A DNA stretch of 62,921 nt, counting the filler, from Pelomyxa schiedti (lineage: Eukaryota; Protista; Evosea), in the NCBI GenBank assembly GCA_020536535.1. It is 4 parts of 4 records of this genome, joined end to end, with 100 filler letters (N's around TTAATTAATTAA, not from the genome) between each part and the next. Parts side by side here need not be neighbours in the genome. Positions count along the whole stretch, not along the records: positions 1 to 30,889 come from JAHLWZ010000549.1; 3 more parts are not named here. One strand, 5' to 3'. Below, piece by piece: positions 13,350 through 24,220 of the stretch. Under the pieces are notes generated by a model, which did not search any database, was not told where the DNA came from, and saw only the letters and a list, made by a program, of their open reading frames with translations. Made by a program: the position numbers and the translations under genes. The first letter of the stretch is position 1. Each line of letters opens with the position of its first letter.

Positions 13350-13717
13350 CTTCAATCTTTGCCTCTTTGTGAAACGGTTTTAGGCTGATTTGATCAGTGC
13401 AAGTAAAGCAACCGAGGTTTCCTCCGAGGTAAGGACTATAGTAGTGGTGACACGCACAGAACGCAGACCTGCACAACAGAAGGAACAAGAATCTCGGCAG
13501 GGAGAGGATTGGTACAACAGATTTCCTGTTACGCGAAGCGGAGTTCACGATCTTTTCCTTGGTGCTTTCGTGGGTGTTGGTTATTGCGCGGTGGGGCGAC
13601 ACACGTAGATCTCGAACACCTCCCGTAGTCATACAATACATCGGCATACTATCATCGCGACGGGCACAACGACGTCTCAGCGACCACAAACATCTACAAA
13701 ACACGGCGACGCAAAAT

Positions 13718-14635
13718 ATGCTATGCGTTGACGCTCCCGAGTTCGTGCCAAGATCCGCCCACAATTGCGTATCTCCCACCTCAGCTTCGCTGCCCTCGCC
13801 GATGGTGGCGACGACTCTTCCGCTGCCGACACCGACAATTATGGGACCGAGTCCCGCAGTTACCATTCTCGGTCATCGCCACAATCACTGGACTGCGAGT
13901 TCTAATTCTGCGCGTAATGGTCCGCTAATTGGAGCTTCTACTTCATGGACGAATAATACGGTATGTCAATGTAGTTAGTATTGTTACTAACGAGTGTTAA
14001 TGTCCGTGGAACGGCATTCATTTCGATCTGCCACACCAAATTCTTAGATGGGTGAGAGTTATCTTTCACTCCCGTTGAATCCAAATGCGACACCTGTACA
14101 GCCAAGAACATTGCGAGCTCAACAGCCATTGGAGAAGCTTCCGGACCCTTTGTTGTGTGGATACTCTGCGGATGTGTCACGGTCTTCACAACCGCCTGTC
14201 ATCCTTCTTCGAAGGCCATGTAGCAACCCTGTCTCGTCTGATCAAAAGAGTAACCGGAACGTACCACAAGTAAACACCTGCAGTACTATGAACACCAGTT
14301 ATGGAAGAAAAGATATCCTGACTCATGTGGAGAGCCCTACTCTGCTCAGGAGTTTGACCCCTCCACAACCTCAGCCGGCGATCCGAATATTGCCGCGGAA
14401 TGCTCCGCTCACGCCTCAAGCAGTAGAACCCATAAACCACACAGCCGAAAAACAGGTTCGGTGTCTGGCTCTGCATTGCCCGCGTTCTCTCATTACCTCC
14501 ACAGAAAACTCCCACCACACAAAAGACCCTAGAGGAAAGAGAGGCCGAGTACGCCAGAGCGAGAGCTCTCATATTTGGGCAGGAATGAATTCCTTTTCTC
14601 TTGTACCTTTCTTCGTTTCTTTCCCGGAACAATAG
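13718..14635 (+). CDS. Hypothetical P/S/T-rich protein with an N-terminal PAM2-like motif
   Basis: ATG 13718 begins MLCVDAPEFVPRS, close to the PAM2 consensus LNxxAxEFxP. Followed by a GTATGT donor and low-complexity exons (track ORFs 13559-13978 and 14048-14635). 3' end uncertain. Confidence 0.45.
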
Positions 14636-14840
14636 ACTTAGCCTTCAAATCAGTAATCGGGTTTTATCAAGATTCTGGTGCACAACATACGTCCAGAAAA
14701 AAAGAAAATTTTCCTTTTTTTTTGGTTTTATTTGAGCCACACCGAAAGGTGAACAAAAAATTCCCCAGACAAGAAAGACAAGAAGGCAAGCAACCCTCAG
14801 ATTCTATTATCCCAAAACGGTCACACACGCAAGACGACCA

Positions 14841-16862
14841 TCAAGGCCTGACAGTCTTGATGGCATAAGTGAGGGCGGTGTCGATGAGGTCGGCCGGGGG
14901 CGGGGCGATGAAGCCGCCCTGGGTGAGGTACTCTGTCATGCGGCGGGACTGGGTGATGTCGCGCTCGGCGCGGGCGTAGGCCTCCTCCCATGTCATGTTG
15001 ATGCGGGCGACGCCGTCCTTGATGGCCTGCACGGCCACGTCGGCCGCCTCGGTCGGGAACACGGCAGCCTCGTCCATGTTGGGGATGATGTTCTCGGTGT
15101 TGATTCCGCGTGCCTCGGCGTACCTGAATTCCGAGTTAGGCGAAGGTGAAAAATTCCAAATTCCGCGAGGGTGTTTGTGGGAGATGATTATTGGAAATGT
15201 TTTGGAGATAGGGGTAGTATACTGGATATATGTGTGTATATATATTATAGGGTATAAGAAAGGTAAAGAGGGGTACACACTTGGCGAGGGAGTTGGCGGC
15301 GGCAACGGCCATGTTGTCTGTGATCTTCTTGGCGCGGACCAAGAGGGCTCCCTTGAGGATACCGGGGAAACCAACAGAGTTGTTGACCTGGTTGGGGAAG
15401 TCACCACGGCCTGTGGCTACAATGAAGGCACCGGCGGCCTTGGCCTCATATGGGTAAATCTGATTCATAAGTTAATCCAACAAAACAGAAGGAAGGATGG
15501 AATGAATTCATTTGTACCTCGGGGACTGGGTTGGCACAGGCAAAGACGATTGGCTTGGTGGCCATGGCCCTGATCCACTCGGGCTTGACAACACCTGGGC
15601 CTGGTTGAGAAAGAGCGACGAGGACATCAGCGCCGGTCACAGCTTGCATGATGTCATTGACGCATGCAGGGTTGGTGGCCTCGCAAATCTCCCACTTGCG
15701 GTAGAAGCGGGTATCAGCCTTCACATCAAGTCGGTTGGCGTGGAGTCCGCCTGGTAAAGAGTTAGTGGACCAGGGGGTTCTCAAAGAGACATGAAGTTAC
15801 CTTTGGTATCGAACATGATGGCTTTCTTGGGGTCAGCTCCGGCGCTGTTGATGAGGCGGAGGCATGTTGTGTTGGAGGCACCAGCACCGTAGTAGACGAA
15901 CCTGCAGTCGAAGAGGGCCTTTCCAGCCAACTTGACGGCGTTGATAACACCAGCAAGTGTTACACAGGCTGTGCCTTGTTGGTCATCGTGCCAGACTGGA
16001 ATTTCGCACTCCTCGCGGAGAACGTCCAGAACCTGAAGGCAAGGTTAAATCGAAGCCTAAAGTCAACTGGGAGTCCATACCCTGTAGCAGTTTGGTTGGG
16101 AGATATCTTCCAAGTTAACAGCACCAAAGCTGTGCTGAACTCTCTTGACGAATTCAATGATTGCCTCAGGGTCGTTGTGGCCGTCCCTCTTGGAATCAAT
16201 GCACAGTGCTACGGCATCGAAACCACCAAGGTGTTTCATGAGCATGGCCTTTCCTTCCATAACTCCCAAGCCTCCAGAGGGAGACACATCACCATCACCT
16301 AAAAAAAGGTCAGGAGAGAGCTATTTTTTGCTTGCAATAAATTAATTTGAACTAACATTGAATATTATTAGAGGAAACATACCAAGAACACGGGTAGAAT
16401 CACTGACTACAGCGACCAATGAGCTCCTGTTTGAGAGCTCGAATGAAGCCTCGTTCCTATCGCGGATGGCGGTAGAGACGCGAGAAACTCCGGGTGTGTA
16501 CCATGCATTGAACCAGTTGAACCCTGCAAGGGATGCCTTTGGTACTGTCTGCATCTTTCCTCCATAGAACCTGAAAAACGAGTTAGTTGTCCGTAAGGGA
16601 AGTTTCTGAAAGCGAAAAGACAAAAATTAAAAAAATTTTCTTTAAAACAAACAAACACAGACGCTGTGACAAACTATTGTACAAACGAGAAAAAAGGAAA
16701 AAAAGAAGCGGACCTGTGGCCATCCTCAGAGAGTTTCTTGTAAAACAGGGTTTTGCCCTTGGCCTTCTGCTCCTCGGTGAAGTCCGCGGGGAAACATGCG
16801 TCGATGTTCTTGAGGTCAATTTGAACGCCCAGGGGGGTCTTGGCTGGTGTAGTAGCTGCCAT
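14841..16862 (-). CDS. ME: Malic enzyme, Entamoeba/prokaryote-type NAD(P)-dependent oxaloacetate-decarboxylating malate dehydrogenase
   Basis: [108 protein letters not shown]. Resembles the Entamoeba enzyme as I recall it, including the N-terminal extension. Confidence 0.95.
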
Positions 16863-17386
16863 CGCTGTTCGGTTGTTTGGTACTTGTGGGTGCGGACCGG
16901 GGTTGTTGGTTGTGTTGGGTGAAAAAAAATGAAAAAAGAATGCCGAAGCGAAGGAAAAATTTTCTTTCGAATCGGTGGACGGTCCAAGAGACGCAATTGC
17001 GAACTTTCCTTTGATGGGAAAGGACAATCGGTGTCCCATAAGGAGACAACTCTCAGACTTGACCTTGTCCCACGGGTGGGAACTTTGGAGGGGAACGTGT
17101 GACCTCATCGATTTGGCAAGAGGTGCACTACAGCAGAGAGTGGTTGCACCCTACACACAAATCAACATCCAGTTTGGCCTCTCAGATACGGCTATCAATC
17201 ACCAACAGGGTGCACATTTCGACGATGCCCTCCCAGTCCATCGGCCTCGTTATTACCCCTGCTGACAGTTCTTTTTCCTTTTCGTCAAACAGCCCCAGTT
17301 CGACGAATCATCAGACAAAAAAATCGCCCCGCGAGACAAGGGGCACCCATCATTCAGTAACAAGAGGCACGCCAATAGATTAGAAC

Positions 17387-18450
17387 ATGCAACAATTCAG
17401 TAGCTTAGACGATGAGGTGGGTCGTACGTTGGAAAACACCAGGCGACTGATAAAGTCTGTCAGTGGCGCCGTCGGGGGTGAGTGTTGCTCCCATAATGCG
17501 TTCTTCACATTTATGCTTGTATTTTTTCATGTCGGTTATATGTTGTAACGTGCCAATTGTGACACCTTTAAAAAACTAACATTTTTGTTGCTGATATGGT
17601 GGTAACTTAGAGTCGAGGAAGAATTTGTATTCACAAGTGGAAAGGAACCTGGATTCTGTGGAATCCATGGTCCGAAAAATGACAACGGTTGCCCAGGGCG
17701 CCCCCAATGCCGTGGCTATGGACACAAAGATAAGGACCAGAAACGGTGTGTCCTTTCCGCGTAAAATCATGTTAATTTCTTCATCCCACTTATGATGCAA
17801 ACCATTCTCTCTGCCAGCTGAGCTTCAGCAGCTTCGCAGGGAACTCCTTCTAATGGCTCCTAGTACCCCTTTTTCCACCCCAGCTCAGAAATATGGGGTA
17901 CCGCTTATTGTTTCTTCTTTTCTCACATTGGCTAATCAAACCTCAGAGCATGCAAGACGAGCAAACAACGAGAATAGCTGCTGGAACCGAAAAATTACAA
18001 AACACGTCTGACGCACTGGGTCGCATACAAGGTATTGTAAGAGATGCTAAATTTTACCCAGAAGACTAATTTGCAGTCATTTCCTGAAAAGCCGCAAGCT
18101 ACGACAGTGAAGAAACTGGAAAGGGAGCTCTCCATCAACTCCAGGACCAACGCGGCCAACTTGAAAATGCATCTAACACAGTGAGTCGTTGAATTCCGTT
18201 CCACAAATTTAACCCACTTGTATCTAGATGGACCATATGGATGACAATGTCAATAAGGGCAACCAGTTGCTTCGCTCCATGGTTCTTTCACTCTCTTTTT
18301 ATATTGTTATTACGTTCTTACTGACATTCATAATTCCAGTGGATGAACCTTACAAGGAACATGATAGTGCAAGTCATCATCATTATTCTGCTGATTCTAG
18401 CCATACTCGGAGTTATCTTCTTCGCGTGGATCATGCCCCTTTTCTGGTGA
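17387..18450 (+). CDS. VTI1: Vti1-like Qb-SNARE
   Basis: Spliced helical N-terminus (MQQFSSLDDEVGRTLENTRRL). SNARE helix EQTTRIAAGTEKLQNTSDALGRIQ..EETGKGALHQLQDQRGQLENA..MDHMDDNVNKGNQLLRSM. C-terminal TM anchor MIVQVIIIILLILAILGVIFFAWIMPLFW-stop. Confidence 0.75.
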
Positions 18451-18787
18451 TACCATTCACAACATCTGCTCCATACAATCACACTACAATCACACTCTGC
18501 CTGTAACACAAAACCAACAAATAATACGCTGTGTTGGTCACGCACAGGCACCAAAAATAGCGCCTGGACATAAGATGCGTGATTGACACAACCAATTCGT
18601 TTGTGATTTAAAATAAATTCCCCTTTATGTTAACCCGATGAACGGTTCCAGAAAAAAAAAAGCTGAGAAAATAATAAAAAAAAAAACAACCGCGACAACA
18701 CGCACACTGCCGGTAACTGCGACAGCCAACAGATCCTTCAAACAAGAAGCAAAACCGGAACACACACAATCGCAAACATCATAACAA

Positions 18788-19845
18788 ATGGGAGCAGAGA
18801 GTAGCGCACTCACCAAAGTAGAAGCGGCCCAGATCCGTAACCAATATGGACGTATGTCGTCATTTCATTCCACTACTACAAATCATCTCTTCGTTTTGTT
18901 TCGATTATCCCACTCTCGCGGTTTTGTAGCATTTTGTCGTTCATGTTGTTGGTTCCTAACCGGTTGTTCCCAGTTCCACAGGAGAAGTTCGATGTCGTTT
19001 TGAAAAGCTTCCAAAAGCACGCGGATAGGAACGGGAAAATCTCATCTGCTGCCTTTAAGCAAATTTTGGATGGTGTAATGCACCCTGACTTGGCTGATAA
19101 GGTACAAAAACCTCTTCCGTGGGATCACCACCCAACTTTCCTTTGCATTAGGTTTTTGCTTCGTTTGATCGCGATAACAGCGGGTACGCTCGGTCTCTTA
19201 CCTCTTACTCCTCTAATTACAACCTCCCTCTCATTGTACAGTACAATGGACGTTAGAGAGTACCTTGCCATGATGGGTGTGACTCATGGTGGAACACTAG
19301 GTAAAGCAACTATAATGAAACACATTAATCTAATTGAACTTAGAGCAAAAGCTGAATGGTACTTCCAGGAAATCCCTATTCTTTTGATGACTTTTCCCAG
19401 CTTCCTTCGAACTCTTTGATAAAAACGGAGATGGGGTCCTTTCTAAGGAAGAAATCAGGTTTCTTCTTTTTTTCTTCTTCAACTTATCGTAACGGCATCC
19501 ATTTAGAGAGATGTTTGTAATGATCGTGAAGCAGGTATATCAGCATTTCCCCCTTTATTGTCCGCCGACATATTATAGAAAAGAACCGCAACAAACATGA
19601 GAAAGTCCGCCGGCTCTGCTGCGGCTTCCGCCGTGGAGCTAGATGACAAAGCCATGGCAGCAATCAACAGCGTCATCAACACCGTCTTTGACAGAATAGA
19701 TGTTGACAGGGTAAGCGCAACCCCAACCTCCAAACACAAGAAACCTAACAACCATCCCCAACAGAACGGAACCATCGACCGCGATGAATTCCTCAATGGC
19801 TTCGCCAAGCACCCCGACGTCTGTGGCTTCTTCAAACAATTCTAG
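18788..19845 (+). CDS. N-myristoylated EF-hand calcium sensor (NCS/frequenin/calcineurin-B-like)
   Basis: MGAESS myristoylation motif. EF loops DRDNSGTMDVRE, DKNGDGVLSKEE and DVDRNGTIDRDE after splicing. Confidence 0.87.
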
Positions 19846-20019
19846 TCCACCCCGCACACAACAGCACCTCCCCCGCAACTCACAAGCCACACCCCTTTAT
19901 CCTAAGTGCATCATCGTCAGTTGACAAAAGTTGTACATCAAAAAACTATCCACTAGAAGAAAACCGAAAAACAAACGACTTCGTTTTTTGAACAAAAAAA
20001 ACAGCGACTGTTGTGAGTG

Positions 20020-23000
20020 ATGGACCCAAGAGACACAACGGTAGTAGACACCTTCGCTGATTTCCTGGATGACACGGAGGTACTAGCATCGCTGCAGAAG
20101 AACAACACCCACCAACAACCAACACCAACACCAGCACCGGCACCAGCACCAGCAGCCCCAGCGCAGCCACAACCACAGCCACAGCCACAAACACAAACAA
20201 CAACAACAACAACCACACCTACGGCAGTGGCCACCACCCAACAACCACCACCACCACCCACGGCTGTTGTTGTGGTGCCCGCCTCAATGTCTATAGCCAC
20301 CCCCCCATCGTCATCGACATCAACAACACCAGCAACACCACCCTCCACGTCGGCGTCGGCGTCGGCGTCGGGGGCTGCAAGTGTAGGTGCTAGTTCCAGC
20401 AGCAGCGCAACTGGGAGTACGACTAGTAGTGGTAGTGGTGGTGGGAGCAGCTGGGGAGCAAGGATTGTGGGAGGGTTGGGGTCCGTAATGGCAACTGTAC
20501 TGTCACCGCTGGAACCTACTAGTGCTGCCGCGGTGATGGATGCGAATGATGCTACTGGTGGGGCTAGTGGTGGTGGTGGCAGTGGCAGGCCACACACGCC
20601 CACTACTGCATCACAGCATCCTCGTCAACTGTCATCATCCCCTACAACTGGCCATGCTATGTATACAAAACCGAGTGCAACTGCTAGTTCAGGGGCTTCG
20701 GCTAGTGGGAAGAGTTCTAAGCAGGGGCAATCATTCTTAAGCTTTGTGATGGATGCTGTGTCTGCTTCTCCTGTGCAGCAGCCGCCGAAACCCNNNNNNN
20801 NNNNNNNNNNNNNNNNNNNNNNNNNNNNNNNNNNNNNNNNNNNNNNNNNNNNNNNNNNNNNNNNNNNNNNNNNNNNNNNNNNNNNNNNNNNNNGAGTGCA
20901 ACTGCTAGTTCAGGGGCTTCGGCTAGTGGGAAGAGTTCTAAGCAGGGGCAATCATTCTTAAGCTTTGTGATGGATGCTGTGTCTGCTTCTCCTGTGCAGC
21001 AGCCGCCGAAACCCGAACCTGAAAAGAGGCAGCCACCTCCATCCTCGGCTTCTGTTGCTGTATCCCCTGCTGCTACCCTGGTTCCGGTACTCGAGCCTTC
21101 TCATACAACACCAACTCCGGGGGAGGCTTCAGCTAAAGCAGAAGCTACACCGGCTCAGGCTACTGCCCCTTCTGGAGGAATCGGGCTTCTACGTAGCATT
21201 AGTAGTGCTGCAGCTTCTGCTGCGGCAACAGCAGCAAACGCCACGACACTGGCCGTTGGGACTACACTAAGTGTTGTATCATATGGAAGTGACAATGCTG
21301 CAAAGTTTTTCCTTCCTTTTGGGTATTTTTACCACTAACTAGTCTTCAGATTGGCTAGATCATACAGCAATAAATTACAACAGCAAGTCTCTCCACTGAT
21401 TTCTATCCCTTCTGTTACACCAGCACAGGAAACACCGATAGGTTCTCTTTTACTTTTTCGTACTTTACCCTCATCCTCTTTTAGTTCCGGCAGACCCATT
21501 CTATGTATGGCAGCTAAATGTCCTCTCATTTTACTTATCCTGCTATAGAAACAGCGTGAGCTGATGAGTGCCCTTGAAGAAACTCTTAGAACAACCAGAC
21601 TTGGTCTCAAGGCGGATTTCAGGGCTGGCAATATTCAAAGATCACAGGTAAATGAAGGAACGCAATTCCTTCTTACAGTTTTTAGTGTTGGTGCGTTATT
21701 ACTGGAACAAGCTTGTACCTACAAAGTGACCCTGAAATGTTTTCAACATGCCTCAAGCTATTGACTGGGGCAGCCGTTCTGAGTGACGTAGTTCAACTGC
21801 CACCCTTCAATCCACATTTTAGGTTTTTGCGGTGAACTTACACTTGATTCTTTACCATTTTTAGAGAAGAGGATCACCCACTGACACCCGAGCAAAAAAA
21901 GGCTCTGTATAATATTGGTTCTGCATTGATACCTCAAAAAGTGGATAATTTTACTTTTATACCTGACCTTGGTAATTACTTCTATGTTGGGACTTATCTC
22001 TAACAAAAAGAAAGTCTCCTTACTTTTGCACGTCCTTCCCGTGGACCAGGCATTTCTAGCCAGCAATATATTATTACATCATTCCGCTACACATTCAGAT
22101 AGCTTGACTACCATCAAATATTTCCCAGCGACTACAAAGGAGCGCAGTGAAGGGTTCCTGATATTCAAAGATGCCATTTTGGAACACCTTCCAAGCTTCC
22201 ATTCGAGTATTCTTATTCCCTACAGAACAACAGGCAATTAATTGGTTACAGGAATGACTGAACTTTCAATAGCTGTTGAAGAGTTTGCTGGCACATGGTT
22301 TGATAGATTGTTCGTTGGCACCCTGCCATATAACTTAGTACTGCGACTTATGGACTGGTTAGAGTCTAGCTCCAGTTGTACTCTTTTTTGACTTGGTTCT
22401 AGTTTTCTTTGTGAAGGGCGTTCCATTCTATATCAAGCTGGACTGAGCATTCTTTATTTGGTTTCGAAGCGCTTTTTACCTGAGACTCATACCCACGATT
22501 CCTTAATTCTTGCTCTTCTTCAACCAATGATCCTTGGCAGTGAAGTCCCTGACGAAAAGGAGTTCATGAATGTGCGTAGGCTCCATTGTCATCAACATTC
22601 CATCTAAGTCTTTTCAAAGGTGGTCTTCTCTTACCCAAGCATAGTCCGGAGAGTAAAAGCTTCAGCTACAAACTTATTGGTGGAAAATCCTTCGAAAATA
22701 CTGGATGACAATCAGTTCACGAAATTGTGGTCCTGGATTCCGGCACGGAATCACATTTCCGTAATATACTCACAACCGTAGATTATCATCTCAACTCTGA
22801 ACAAAAAGGTTCCGGAAGTAAGATTTTCTGCACTCAGAGATGGGTTCAGCCTACAAAGGCTTTATGATGTGTGCACTGACATTGTGCCGCTTGTTATCAT
22901 TGTGAAGTCTGCCAGAGGAAACGTGTGTCCTTCACAGTTTAGCCCCTTTCAAGAAACTCAGCTTCCAAAAAGGTATTTGGAGCATACATTGCCGACGCTC

Positions 23001-23194
23001 TGCATGTGAAACCTGGAGGGTATTATGGGACCGGCGAGACCTTTCTGTTCTCTCTTGGAAATGTAGCTTCCAAATGGAACTGGACTCGTGACAACCGCTA
23101 CTTCATGTGTGTGGAACAGGCTCAATTGGCCTTTGGTGGCGGGTGTGTTATTCTACTTATTCCCTACTACGAACATTCATTAACACAAAATCCC
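20020..23194 (+). CDS. TBC (RabGAP) plus TLDc domain protein, TBC1D24-like architecture, long low-complexity N-terminus; 3' end lost in gap
   Basis: TBC motif WFDRLFVGTLPYNLVLRLMD..FLCEGRSILYQAGLSIL. TLDc motifs FSALRDGFSLQRLY, VFGAY, YYGTGETFLFSL, YFMCVEQAQLAFGGG. The gap at 20794-20893 has overlapping flanks, so the ORF is probably continuous. Confidence 0.85.
20794..20893. other. Assembly gap with overlapping flanks
   Basis: 100 N; bases 20673-20793 recur at 20894-21014. Confidence 0.95.
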
Positions 23195-23294
23195 NNNNNN
23201 NNNNNNNNNNNNNNNNNNNNNNNNNNNNNNNNNNNNNNNNNNNNNNNNNNNNNNNNNNNNNNNNNNNNNNNNNNNNNNNNNNNNNNNNNNNNNN
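23195..23294. other. Assembly gap (100 N)
   Basis: N run that removes the 3' ends of the convergent TBC-TLDc and Rab21 genes. Confidence 0.98.
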
Positions 23295-24002
23295 ACACCA
23301 GGTCGGGTATTTGCCATTTTGCGCAGTTCCTGGACCCAGTTATGTACCCTGTCAAATGAATCCCTGTCCGTGATATCATATACAAGAATTGCACAACTAG
23401 CATCTACGAACTATCACCGTCAAATAATACAGTAATGAACTACCTCGATAGTACACAGCAGTTAAAGCATGAAACCTTATATAAGGATTAATAAAAGAAA
23501 ATGCCCCTACAACGGAGTACAGGTGCGATACTTTTCCTGCCCAGCTGTATCCTGAAAGCAGTGTCAACATAATAATGCAAAACGATGTGGGTGGACGATA
23601 TTCATACCCATATTGTAAGCGTAACAGGTCTCCCGTCCACGACGACCCTCCTTGACACACAACAAGCCTGCACCGTAGACCTATGGTCCGTGTTGAACTC
23701 ATCCCGAGTGAACCTGTTCATCAGTGACGTCTTACCCACCTTGCCTGGACAAAAAAAAAATTAATAATGAGTTCGGTCCGATAGCATTGGCTATTAATGA
23801 AATTGATCTTGTATTTATGTAGGTTTTTTTTTTGTTCTGTTTTTCAAGGTGTGACGGTAAAACCTTCGCCCAGCAGCACCGTCTTGTACTCGTCCTTTTT
23901 TCCGTAGGCACTGCTGCCACTGGCCCTCATGCCCTGTCCCGACACCGATGTTGCCGACGACGAACCCGTCAGCGGCGTGCGGCTCGTTGTAGCTGCCATC
24001 AT
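23295..24002 (-). CDS. RAB21: Rab21-type small GTPase (not in the ORF track); 3' end lost in gap
   Basis: Splicing gives YKTVLLGEGKVGKTSLMNRFTRDEFNTDHRSTVQA..VTLTIWDTAGQE.FHALTAVYYRDASCAILVYDITDRDSFDRVHNWVQELRKM. LLGEG, TxQA and FHAL are Rab21-type residues. Confidence 0.88.
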
Positions 24003-24220
24003 CACCGCAAACCGCTTTTTTGAATTTTGTTTTGTAGATTTATTTGGCGGGAATTACGTACGTTTACGCTTCCCCTTTGCTAAGTGGCAGACACAAGCTT
24101 GTTCCAATTTACACCCGGGTGTATCTCTAAGAAGAAGCGGTTTCGTGTTGGTACTAGTAGGCCGCCATTAACCGAGATTAGTCGATCAAAAAAAATTTCG
24201 AATTTCGTCAGATTCCAGGC

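Noticed and set aside
13153-13866. Long track ORFs antisense or frame-shifted to real genes (e.g. 13153-13866, 14995-15573, 19953-20603, 24208-24972, 29077-29759, 43244-43951, 48670-49689, 57030-57955)
   Set aside because: They are shadow frames of GC-rich or low-complexity exons. The opposite or alternative frame carries the recognisable protein.
17119-17150. Hairpin GGTGCACTAC..GTGGTTGCACC between malic enzyme and Vti1, and ORF 16975-17265
   Set aside because: A single short stem with no tRNA, snoRNA or SECIS hallmarks. The ORF has no motif or clear splice support.
20894-21014. 121-bp tandem duplication inside the TBC-TLDc gene
   Set aside because: It is an exact overlap of the two gap flanks, typical of an unmerged contig overlap.
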